A DNA stretch of 63,403 nt, counting the filler. It is 8 parts of 8 records of this genome, joined end to end, with 100 filler letters (N's around TTAATTAATTAA, not from the genome) between each part and the next. Parts side by side here need not be neighbours in the genome. Positions count along the whole stretch, not along the records: positions 52,582 to 59,010 come from SRR20825010_778; positions 59,111 to 63,403 come from SRR20825010_787; 6 more parts are not named here. One strand, written 5' to 3'. Below, in pieces: positions 52,583-61,675 of this stretch; within the stretch, counting starts at the first letter, position 1, and each line of letters opens with the position of its first letter. Below the pieces are notes generated by a model. It was not told the DNA's origin. It searched no databases and saw only the letters and a list, made by a program, of their open reading frames with translations. The translations under genes and the position numbers were made by a program.

Positions 52583-53587
52583 CTTTCAATTGAACGCGAT
52601 CCTGAGCTTGACCGAATCACAAAATTCGCCAAGCGGTTGTTCGGAACCGATATTGTCGCGATATCACTTCTCGACAATGACCGGCAATTCTTCAAGTCAC
52701 ACGTCAATCTTTCTGTTTCTGAAACCAGCCGGGACATTTCATTTTGCGGCCATACCGTCATGCATGACACACCGATGGCCGTTTCCGACACCCATAAAGA
52801 CGAACGGTTTATTGACAACCCGTTGGTCACTGGCGACCCGAAAATACGCTCCTACCTTGGCGTTCCGATTTCCAATGAACAAGGCTACAAGCTTGGCACA
52901 ATTTGCGTGATCGACAGCCACACGCGCAACTTTAGCGACGATGAAATTGCAACGCTTCAGGATATTGCCCATTGGGTCGAAACAGTGATCGCACTGCGCT
53001 ATAGCGAACGCAGCCAGAGGCAACTGGTTTCGGACCTCGACACGGCACAGCGCGACGCACTGATTGATACTTTAACCGGCATCTGGAACCGGCGCGGGCT
53101 TGAAGAATTGCTGGAACGCGAAATTTCATCTGCCCATATTCGGAACACGCCGGTTGGTATCTTCATGCTTGATATCGATCATTTCAAACGCGTCAACGAC
53201 ACCCATGGCCATCTGGTCGGTGACAAGGTGATTCAGGGCATTTCAGAAATCATCGCATCCAGCCTGCGCGATCAGGACATTATCGGACGTTTTGGCGGCG
53301 ACGAATTCGTCTGTATTTTGCCGGGTGTTCGTTTGGACCCTATAATGTTTCTGGGTGAGAAACTCTGTCAAACCATTCGCCAGCTTGGAAAAGTAAGCAA
53401 CAAAAACGGTGATCCTGTTGAGGTTACCGTCAGCATTGGCGCAACGTGGGTCCCGCCGCACATCAAAACGAAATACAGTTCAAGTCAGGTTCTTCAAATG
53501 GCCGATGATGCCCTTTACCAAGCCAAAAAAGCCGGACGCGATACTGTGTGCTATAAGGCCCTTGATGTTGATCGTGCTTTGGATTAA
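52583..53587 (+). CDS. GAF-GGDEF diguanylate cyclase (5' truncated)
   Basis: GAF SFCGH..RFIDNPLV..IRSYLGVP; DTLTGIWNR, DIDHFKRVND, RDQD I-site, GGDEF. Confidence 0.92.
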   Translation, partial: LSIERDPELDRITKFAKRLFGTDIVAISLLDNDRQFFKSHVNLSVSETSRDISFCGHTVMHDTPMAVSDTHKDERFIDNPLVTGDPKIRSYLGVPISNEQGYKLGTICVIDSHTRNFSDDEIATLQDIAHWVETVIALRYSERSQRQLVSDLDTAQRDALIDTLTGIWNRRGLEELLEREISSAHIRNTPVGIFMLDIDHFKRVNDTHGHLVGDKVIQGISEIIASSLRDQDIIGRFGGDEFVCILPGVRLDPIMFLGEKLCQTIRQLGKVSNKNGDPVEVTVSIGATWVPPHIKTKYSSSQVLQMADDALYQAKKAGRDTVCYKALDVDRALD

Positions 53588-53731
53588 CGCAATGAACCGT
53601 GCCCTGCAATGGATACGCCTTCCAAGCCATTGCAATAACAACACGCACTCCAAAAAGCTAACTTGATCCCCTGTTAGAAATACCTAGAATTCAGTTTCGA
53701 CGGGTTACCGATACACCGGGGGAACGGTTGG

Positions 53732-54802
53732 ATGAAAAAAGCGGCATTGCCCGAAAACGAAATTGCGCGCCAGAAATCTCTTGAAAGCATGGGGATTCTG
53801 ACCAGTGAAGCGGACCCGGAACTTGATCGCATCACACGGGTTGCTCAGCGTATTTTCGGTTCAGAAATCGTTGCGATCTCGTTGCTTGATAATGATCGTC
53901 AGTTTTTCAAATCCAACATCAACCAGCCCAGCACTGAAACCCCCCGTGATATTTCGTTTTGTGGTCATGTGATCAATGGCGACACGACCTTTGTTGTCGA
54001 AGATGCCACCCGTGATGAGCGTTTCCATGACAGCCCGCTTGTCACCGGGGTTCCAAATGTTCGCTCCTATGCCGGTGTTCCGTTGACCAACCCGGACGGG
54101 TTCAAGATCGGCACCCTTTGCGTGGTCGATAGCGAAACACGTCACTTTAGCGCGGAAGACCTTCAAATCCTTGAAGATCTTGGCCATTGGGCTGAAACAA
54201 CCATCGCGCTGCGATATGGTGCAAGAACACCCCAGCAGGTCTATGACGATCTTGATCCGTCGAAACACAGCATGCTGATCGATCCGTTAACCCGGCTGTG
54301 GAATGAAATGGGGATGAAAGAATTCCTGCATCGTGAATTGATCAATGCCCGACTGAAACATGGAAGCATTGCGATCTATCGTTTTGAAATCGATGATCAT
54401 AAAAACCTTGTCACCAGTTTTGGCCAGGAAACTGTCAACAGGATTGTCCAGGCGATTGCATCTGCCATCACATCTTCATTGCGGGATCGCGATGTCGTCG
54501 GCCGGGTCGATGAGTGTGGCTTTGCCTGCCTGATGCCCGGTGTGCGTCAGGAACAAACAAGTTTTCTGGGATACAAGCTGTGCGACACGATACGCGAACA
54601 ATGCCGTTTTACGGATGCGGAAGGCAATCCTGTGCGCATCACAGTCAGTGTCGGCTCAACTTGGGCCGAACCAGAAGCAACACAACATTTTCAGGCAAAT
54701 GAAATTCTGGACTTTGCCGCCAACGCGATGCGTGAAGCCATCGCAGAAGGCATTGAAAATGTTGTCTATCGTTCGTTGCCAATCCCGGCAGACGCGAAAT
54801 AA
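53732..54802 (+). CDS. GAF + degenerate GGDEF protein
   Basis: Paralog of upstream gene; GGDEF replaced by VDECGF, DIDHFK by EIDDHK; RDRD retained. Confidence 0.85.
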   Translation: MKKAALPENEIARQKSLESMGILTSEADPELDRITRVAQRIFGSEIVAISLLDNDRQFFKSNINQPSTETPRDISFCGHVINGDTTFVVEDATRDERFHDSPLVTGVPNVRSYAGVPLTNPDGFKIGTLCVVDSETRHFSAEDLQILEDLGHWAETTIALRYGARTPQQVYDDLDPSKHSMLIDPLTRLWNEMGMKEFLHRELINARLKHGSIAIYRFEIDDHKNLVTSFGQETVNRIVQAIASAITSSLRDRDVVGRVDECGFACLMPGVRQEQTSFLGYKLCDTIREQCRFTDAEGNPVRITVSVGSTWAEPEATQHFQANEILDFAANAMREAIAEGIENVVYRSLPIPADAK

Positions 54803-54806
54803 CCGT

Positions 54807-55427
54807 TTATTCGCGGCTCGGCATCAAACCAAGTCGGTCTTTTAGTTCCGCGGGTGATAAATCTGCAAGCCCGGCAAGTGTGATGTATGGATCGCCATCA
54901 AGCCCAAGAATCTGGGCAAAGGCGGGTTCGGTCTTAACCCCGGCCTGCTTTAACGACCGTACCTTTTGCGCAAAATCGTCGCCCAAAAGCGCCAAAATCC
55001 TTGCTTCAACCACCATATGAACAAACCCGAACTGTTCTGATGTCGGGCAATCTGTTGCAAAAATTTCGAACGGTATTTCGTCACACGTAAACCGCGCGAC
55101 AACGGCGTTTCCAACATGGCGGGTTGGTGCACGGTCATGACGGGCGTAGTCGTCAAAGCCTGAAAAAACGTGATCGGCAACCTGTTTGAACGCGCCCAAA
55201 TCCGAACATTGGCAGAGAATATCAATGTCGGATTCTACGGTATCAACCGCAATTGGCAGCGTACCCGCGACAACCGGATTGAAGTTGGCCAAATTCTCAA
55301 AGATGCGATTTCTGATTATGCTTTCAGCCACAAATGCACCTTTTTCCGATGCACGCTTTAGCCCGCCCAGTCCATAAAACCCTTCGGGTTTCAGGTCATC
55401 CGCCCAATCCATTACCGTTTGGTTCAT
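54807..55427 (-). CDS. DUF4269 family protein (nucleotidyltransferase-like motif)
   Basis: GTLPIAVDTVESDIDILC, FEIFA, HMVVEARIL, GVKTEPAFA..DPY. Confidence 0.75.
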   Translation of the reverse strand: MNQTVMDWADDLKPEGFYGLGGLKRASEKGAFVAESIIRNRIFENLANFNPVVAGTLPIAVDTVESDIDILCQCSDLGAFKQVADHVFSGFDDYARHDRAPTRHVGNAVVARFTCDEIPFEIFATDCPTSEQFGFVHMVVEARILALLGDDFAQKVRSLKQAGVKTEPAFAQILGLDGDPYITLAGLADLSPAELKDRLGLMPSRE

Positions 55428-55561
55428 TGATAAAACCATTCCGTTTCTTGACCTCGCCCCCGACAACGGGGATACCTGATACAACCATCCCGATACGATA
55501 CGCCAAACACGCTACTCCATGCGTCAGCGGTCATATTTACATCAAACATCCGCGGGCACCC

Positions 55562-56518
55562 ATGCTTGATATTCTGGCGATAACAACACCGATCTTCCTG
55601 ATCATCGCAATTGGTTATTTCGCGGTATATCGGAACATCGTGCCGCAAGCCGTCGTCCGCGGTATGGGAGCCTTTGTGCTGAACTTCGCTCTGCCTTGCC
55701 TGTTGATCCGCGCCCTTGCCCAGCGTGACCTGACCGAAATCATCGATCCGATTTTTCTTCTGGCATATGGCGGCGGTTCATTAGTGGTCTTTGCGCTGGG
55801 TTTTTCCTATGCCCTTCTGATCGCCAAGAAAAGCCAGCCGAATGCCACCTTGCAAGGCCTTGGCATGTCCATGTCCAACAGCGGGTTTGTTGGCTACCCG
55901 GTCGCATCGCAATTGCTTGGCCCTGCCGCCGAAATCGCCTTGGCACTTTGTGTGATTATTGAAAACCTGATCATGATGCCAATGGTTCTTGTCCTTGGTG
56001 ACAGTGCCAAAAATGAAGACCAAAGCCGTTGGCAGGTTTTAAGCAAGGCGTTCTGCAATCTGGGGAAAAATCCCATCATTATCGCCATTATGATCGGGCT
56101 GGTTATTTCGCTGTCTGGCATCACGCTGCCCCGTCCGATTTTTAAAGCCGTTGATATGCTGGCATCGGCATCAGGACCGGTTGCACTATTCGTCATTGGC
56201 GGCGGTTTGGTCGGGTTGAAGTTAAAAGGCCTTCGTGCGGATATGGCACGGATCGTTAGCGCAAAGCTGATCCTGCATCCGCTTGCCATCTTCACCCTGA
56301 TCTATTTCATGCCAGACATTGATCCGATGTTGCAGATTGCCTGCGTTTCCTTTGCCTGCTCACCCATGCTCAGCATCTATCCGATTTTCGGCCAGCGATA
56401 CGGTCATGAGGGGCTTTGTGCTGCTTCCCTGATGATGGCAACGTCGATGTCGTTCTTGACCATCAGCACAGCTCTTTGGTTGCTTGATACCACACAGGTT
56501 TTCGGGCCACTGCCCTGA
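55562..56518 (+). CDS. AEC (auxin efflux carrier) family transporter
   Basis: MLDILAITTPIFLII, FALPCLL, SNSGFVGYP, NPIII, KLILHP. Confidence 0.88.
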   Translation: MLDILAITTPIFLIIAIGYFAVYRNIVPQAVVRGMGAFVLNFALPCLLIRALAQRDLTEIIDPIFLLAYGGGSLVVFALGFSYALLIAKKSQPNATLQGLGMSMSNSGFVGYPVASQLLGPAAEIALALCVIIENLIMMPMVLVLGDSAKNEDQSRWQVLSKAFCNLGKNPIIIAIMIGLVISLSGITLPRPIFKAVDMLASASGPVALFVIGGGLVGLKLKGLRADMARIVSAKLILHPLAIFTLIYFMPDIDPMLQIACVSFACSPMLSIYPIFGQRYGHEGLCAASLMMATSMSFLTISTALWLLDTTQVFGPLP

Positions 56519-56532
56519 TCCAACAGATTTAG

Positions 56533-56562
56533 AAAGAAAGGGCGCCCAACCGGACGCCCCTT
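56533..56562. terminator. Hairpin between convergent genes, probable terminator
   Basis: AAAGGGCGCCC-AAC-CGGACGCCCCTT imperfect stem. Confidence 0.45.
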
Positions 56563-56569
56563 CACATCT

Positions 56570-57670
56570 TTAGCGTGGTGGCGGGCCAAATTTTGGTCGT
56601 TGCCCCGGGAACCCGCCCCCGCCACCCGGTGGTGGTGGACCACGACGCCCGTCGGGTCCGCCGCCGCCAGCGCCACTCCCACCCGGTGGCATGCCGCCCG
56701 GGCCTTTATTAAAACTTGGATCCCCCATTCCCGCCAAAACACGCGGAATAAACGGGAAACTTTCGGTGACGAAATAGGCATATGTGCCTTGTGGATATTC
56801 CGGTGTGACCGTTTCACGACCATTGGCCTCATCAAGATCACCAAGACCGGGTAAGAATTCGAAGTCCTCGCCATAAGTCCCATCATATCGACCACCCGGA
56901 CCGCCCGATCGTTGTCCGTTTTTCACCTGCCAGGAACTGCGCAAGGCGACAATTGGCGACCCCGCATCATCGGGGTTCTGATACCCGAACATCGTATAGA
57001 TCGGAAAACCATCTGCGGCAAAACCGATGCGGGCAGAATGTTGATTGGGTGACCAGCTTTTGATCAAACCCTTGGGAACCCCGTGATAGTGATAGGTGCC
57101 ATCAGGTTGCACATGGGCATTATTCTGATCCAGACCCAAATCCACCGTCGGCGAAATTGCCTCATACCGCCATCCCGACTGACGATCACGTTGCCAGTAT
57201 TCGGCAGTATAGGGATCAAACGGCACCCCGTTGACCGCCACGCCGAATGACAACCGGTCGATGGGCGAAAACCGCCCGGTGCGGGTCGGGTTCAAGGGAA
57301 AGCGAAATTCAAGCGACTGCGCCTTGATCGAATTGGGGTTTTTACGGTTGGGAAAACTGCCCGTTGCGTGATCGGGTATCGCGTTGGAATTGATATATCG
57401 AAAGCGTCCGTCTTCCCGAATATTGACTTCGTTGGACAAGGCCCACGCCTGTTTCGTCGGATTTAGCACCATCCCCGCCAGCGGCAACATACCCAACCCG
57501 ACCAAAAGGTTTCGGCGCATACGATCAACTTCTTCACGCGTATCACCGGAATATTGCCCTTCATCAAGCGGTTCATGATGATGGTCATGACTGTGATGAT
57601 GGTTGGCGTGACCGTGACCTGTTCCGCCATTTTGCAAAGCGTGCAGTTCGCTTCTTGTTAGTTTCGGCAC
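56570..57670 (-). CDS. YHYH domain protein with Tat signal, His-rich N-terminus and Gly/Pro-rich tail
   Basis: GVAVNGVP, AHVQPDGTYHYHG, GFAADGFPIY, GDLDEANG; MRRNLL..AWA signal. Confidence 0.88.
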   Translation of the reverse strand: MPKLTRSELHALQNGGTGHGHANHHHSHDHHHEPLDEGQYSGDTREEVDRMRRNLLVGLGMLPLAGMVLNPTKQAWALSNEVNIREDGRFRYINSNAIPDHATGSFPNRKNPNSIKAQSLEFRFPLNPTRTGRFSPIDRLSFGVAVNGVPFDPYTAEYWQRDRQSGWRYEAISPTVDLGLDQNNAHVQPDGTYHYHGVPKGLIKSWSPNQHSARIGFAADGFPIYTMFGYQNPDDAGSPIVALRSSWQVKNGQRSGGPGGRYDGTYGEDFEFLPGLGDLDEANGRETVTPEYPQGTYAYFVTESFPFIPRVLAGMGDPSFNKGPGGMPPGGSGAGGGGPDGRRGPPPPGGGGGFPGQRPKFGPPPR

Positions 57671-57761
57671 CAGACTTTCCCCCAGAATAACTGTGACGTC
57701 ATCCCCCTAATATTTGGCGATGACGTCACAAGGTTCCAGTCAAAAATCAGACTTTTCGCAA

Positions 57762-59010
57762 TTAACTCGGGATTTCCCCCGCATGGGCAAGGATTTCTTC
57801 GGCTTCGCGGATTTCCTGCTGCTGCGCCCACATTTCCGTATACAGCCCGTCTTGCGCCAAAAGATCCTGATGGCGGCCCCGTTCGGCTACCTGACCATCG
57901 CGCAGGACGATGATTTCATCGGCATCAATCACCGTCGACAAACGGTGCGCGATTACAAGTGTCGTATGCCCGCGCGAAACGTCACGCAGGGCCTGCTGGA
58001 TGTCTTTTTCCGTGCGGGTATCAAGAGCGGATGTTGCTTCGTCAAAGATCATGATCTTTGGCCGCTTCAACAACATGCGGGCGATCGAAACACGTTGTTT
58101 TTCCCCGCCCGACAATTTCAGGCCGCGTTCACCAACCATGGTTTTGAACCCGTCGGGCAATCCGGCAACGAATCCATCAATGCTGGCAAGCTTTGCCGCG
58201 TTTTCAATTTCGCCCTGATCCGATCCCGGACGGCCATAGGAAACGTTATAGGCAATCGTATCGTTAAACAGGACAGTATCCTGTGGCACGATGCCAATAT
58301 CGCGACGCAGGGAGTTTTGCGTCACATCACGAATATCCTGTCCATCAATCGTAATCCGGCCATCCGATACGTCATAGAACCGGAACATCAACCGGGTCAG
58401 GGTTGATTTACCCGCCCCGCTTGGCCCAACCACGGCAACAGTTTTCCCGGCGGGCACCTCAAAACTAACCCCCTTAAGAATCTTTCGATCCGGGTTATAG
58501 GAGAAATGCACATCTTCAAACCGGATGGCGGCCTGATCACATTCAAGCGCACGGGCATCGGGGCGGTCTTCGACTTCCTTTTCAACATCAAGCAACGAGA
58601 ACATCCGTTCCATATCGGTCAGGGACTGCTTGATCTGACGATAGACAAATCCAAGGAAGTTAAGCGGCATGTAAAGCTGCAGCAAATAGGTATTTACCAA
58701 CACAAAATCGCCAACCGTCATGCTGCCGTCTTTGACTCCCTGTGCCGCCAAAAGCATGTTTAAAACCAGACCAACCGCAATGATTGCGCCCTGCCCGACA
58801 TTTAATTTCGACAAGGAAACTTGCGACAAAACGGCCGCGGTTTCATAGCCACGCAAGGCTGCGTCATATCGTTTTGATTCGTGGGCTTCGTTGTTGAAAT
58901 ATTTGACCGTTTCGTAGTTGATAAGACTGTCGATGGCCTTGGTATTGGCTTCGTCATCGCGCTTGTTCATTTCGCGGCGAAACTTCATGCGCCATTCGGT
59001 CACGATCAGG
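57762..59010 (-). CDS. ATM1/HMT1-type ABC exporter (5' truncated)
   Basis: DSLINYETVKYF, PLNFLG, GPSGAGKS, VPQDTVLFN, LSGGEKQR. Confidence 0.9.
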
Positions 59011-59110
59011 NNNNNNNNNNNNNNNNNNNNNNNNNNNNNNNNNNNNNNNNNNNNTTAATTAATTAANNNNNNNNNNNNNNNNNNNNNNNNNNNNNNNNNN
59101 NNNNNNNNNN

Positions 59111-59139
59111 CCTCGTGGGCTTGCCCCGAGGTAGTTTAC
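59111..59139. repeat. Imperfect palindrome at contig start (REP or IS200/IS605 end-like)
   Basis: CCTCGTGGGC-TT-GCCCCGAGG followed by TAGTTTAC. Confidence 0.5.
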
Positions 59140-59193
59140 TTAGCTTTTAGTGGTGACAGTGTTACTTTTTGTGCGGGCAGTGGGTATTGGTTT

Positions 59194-59559
59194 TTATCCT
59201 TGACGCAAGATCTTCTCCATCTTTCGACCTTTTGCCAATTCGTCTACCAACTTGTCCAAGTACCTTACTTGTTTTGTCAAGGGAGTTTCAATTTCTTCTA
59301 TCCTATAGCCACAGATTACTCCTGTTATTAGTGGGGCGTTGGGGTTCAATTTTGCCTTCGCAAAGAAATCCTTAAAGTTCGCTTTAGCGTTGATCAGGTC
59401 TTGCAGTTTTTTGTCATCAAAGCCTGTTAACCATGTTATTACCCGGTGTAATTCTTCCTTTGTTCTTCCCTTACGTTCCACTTTTGTAATATAATGGGGA
59501 TATACCGAGGCAAAAGTCAGAGTGGCGATTCGTTCGTCGTGTTCCGGTGTTGTTGTCAT
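59194..59559 (-). CDS. DUF2200 family protein
   Basis: FASVYPHY..KVERKGRT, WLTG, ITGVICGYR, RYLDKLVDELAKG. Confidence 0.88.
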   Translation of the reverse strand: MTTTPEHDERIATLTFASVYPHYITKVERKGRTKEELHRVITWLTGFDDKKLQDLINAKANFKDFFAKAKLNPNAPLITGVICGYRIEEIETPLTKQVRYLDKLVDELAKGRKMEKILRQG

Positions 59560-60129
59560 AGCGTTTATCTTATAGTTGTAGTTCCATATGGCTGTCCAAA
59601 GTAAGAATGCTTGTTGATGCACAAAGTTTTATGTTGCTACTGTAAAAGAGATTTTCATCCCTAATCTCCAAGGGTTCCAGCGTTAAATGTCTGTTACGTT
59701 TTTGGCCTCTAATCTCTTTGGGTTAGAGTGGTTGGAAGTACTGCAACCAAAATTTGTTACCAACTTCCTGATTTCTAAGATATAAAATATTGGGTTTGTG
59801 TGGAAAAAATTAATGCCAGATCTTCTCAGTAAGGAACATACAACAGAGCAAATTTACCTTCTTCCGATTATTGGGTTGGGCTCACCCAGGGTCAACGCAA
59901 AGGTCACTTTACTATAAAAAGATAAATTTTGGATTGGGAATCACTTGAAAAGTAAAAACCAAAGCGCATAGTCTTCTTTAAAAGCCTCTCGTATTTTGGT
60001 AAATGCAATTCCTTAAATATTTAAGCCGGAGACAAACACCACAACAAATCCTCATTTCCTAGTAGGATTTTATTTATTTTTTGCAATCTTTATGCGACAG
60101 CTAAATTTTAAAATAATTAAATCAACCAA

Positions 60130-61527
60130 ATGAGCGTATTTAAAAAACCTAAAGGCATTAAGTTGACATTGCTTTTTTTAATTGTTTGCCAGGCAGTTTT
60201 TTCTCAAACCTCCATAAAAAGCAGACCCAACGTAATTGTTATTATGACCGATGACCAGGGGTCCATAGATTTAAATAGTTATGGGGCTACCGACCTTCAT
60301 ACCCCAAATATGGATAGGTTGGCCAATGAGGGGGTACGGTTTACGCAATTCTATGCAGGAGCGCCAGTCTGTTCACCATCACGCGCTGCCCTTTTGACCG
60401 GTAAGACCAATTTACGGGCCGGTCTGGAAGGCAATGTCCCTATTCCAGAACACGCTGAATTGAGTGGAGAATACGGCCTGCCCACAGAACAGATTACCAT
60501 GGCGGAGATGCTTAAACCTCAAGGCTACTACACCGCCTTAATTGGTAAATGGCATCTTGGACATAGGAAACAAAACTTGCCAAACGGACAGGGGTTCGAT
60601 TATTTCTTTGGACATCAGCGGGGGTGTATCGATAATTATTCCCACACCTTTTATTGGGCTGGTCCCAACAAGCACGATTTGTATAGAAATGCAGATGAGG
60701 TATATTATGATGGCCAACATTTTTCTGATCTAATGGTGGAAGAAGTCAAGCAGGTAATCAACCACAGGCAGGACAAGCCGTTTTTTATTTATTGGGCGTT
60801 CAATGCGCCCCATTATCCCTACCAAGGAACTACAAAGTGGTTGGACCATTACAAGGATCTTCCAACACCCAGAAAAGAATATGCCGCTTTTGTCTCCAAT
60901 ACCGATGAGAAAATCGGCCAAGTTCTGGATTATCTGGATGAGATGGGTATAGCGGATAATACCATAGTTGTTTTTCAATCCGATCATGGACATTCCTTGG
61001 AGGAAAGAGCCTTTTGGGGAGGGGGTAATGCAGGACCCTATAGGGGAAGTAAATTTAGTCTGTTCGAAGGTGGAATCCGTGTACCGGCCATTATTCGCTA
61101 TCCAGGGGTAATCCCCGCAAATGAAGTTAGGGATCAGCTTAGTATGGAGATGGATTGGTTTCCTACCCTTGCAGAATTGACTAATTCCAAAGTGGCGGCA
61201 GATTTGGATGGGAAAAGTCTTATGCCCATTATTCTGGATAACAAAAAGGAGTCCGTACATGAGGTGGTGCACTGGCAATTGGATAATTATGATGACAAAA
61301 TGGCCCAATGGGCAATACGTAAGGGTCCTTGGAAACTTATAGGTAATGTAAGGGAGCCCATTGGTAAAGGGGAGAAAATAGATTTAGATAAATTGTATTT
61401 AGTGAACCTGGATAATGACATTGGTGAAAAGAACAATTTGGCCAAGTCCGATCCAGAAAAGTTGAATGAACTATTACAGTTGCACACTTCTTGGATAAAA
61501 TCGGTTCGTTCAGAAATGAAGCAGTAG
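60130..61527 (+). CDS. Cys-type formylglycine sulfatase (S1)
   Basis: PNVIVIMTDD, CSPSRAALLTG, GKWHLG, SDHG, EGGIRVP; signal peptide. Confidence 0.93.
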   Translation: MSVFKKPKGIKLTLLFLIVCQAVFSQTSIKSRPNVIVIMTDDQGSIDLNSYGATDLHTPNMDRLANEGVRFTQFYAGAPVCSPSRAALLTGKTNLRAGLEGNVPIPEHAELSGEYGLPTEQITMAEMLKPQGYYTALIGKWHLGHRKQNLPNGQGFDYFFGHQRGCIDNYSHTFYWAGPNKHDLYRNADEVYYDGQHFSDLMVEEVKQVINHRQDKPFFIYWAFNAPHYPYQGTTKWLDHYKDLPTPRKEYAAFVSNTDEKIGQVLDYLDEMGIADNTIVVFQSDHGHSLEERAFWGGGNAGPYRGSKFSLFEGGIRVPAIIRYPGVIPANEVRDQLSMEMDWFPTLAELTNSKVAADLDGKSLMPIILDNKKESVHEVVHWQLDNYDDKMAQWAIRKGPWKLIGNVREPIGKGEKIDLDKLYLVNLDNDIGEKNNLAKSDPEKLNELLQLHTSWIKSVRSEMKQ

Positions 61528-61675
61528 TCAATTTTATATTCGTTTTTAGCCAGTCTCAAAATAGTTTGAGTCAGTTTAGATTAAAAGGAACATTGGGAAA
61601 CCATTTTTTCTTTCTTGTTAATATTGTTAACTGCTCAATATAAAGCAGTACAGCTATTTTCGTAATTTAATACGT

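Noticed and set aside
55334..55561. N-terminal extension of the AEC transporter
   Set aside because: Overlaps the divergent DUF4269 gene; the family-typical start is MLDILAI at 55562.
22815..59110. Seven TTAATTAATTAA motifs within N-runs, and apparent cross-segment links such as two moeA genes or GC-content 'islands'
   Set aside because: Artificial linkers join contigs from different organisms, so adjacency across them has no biological meaning.
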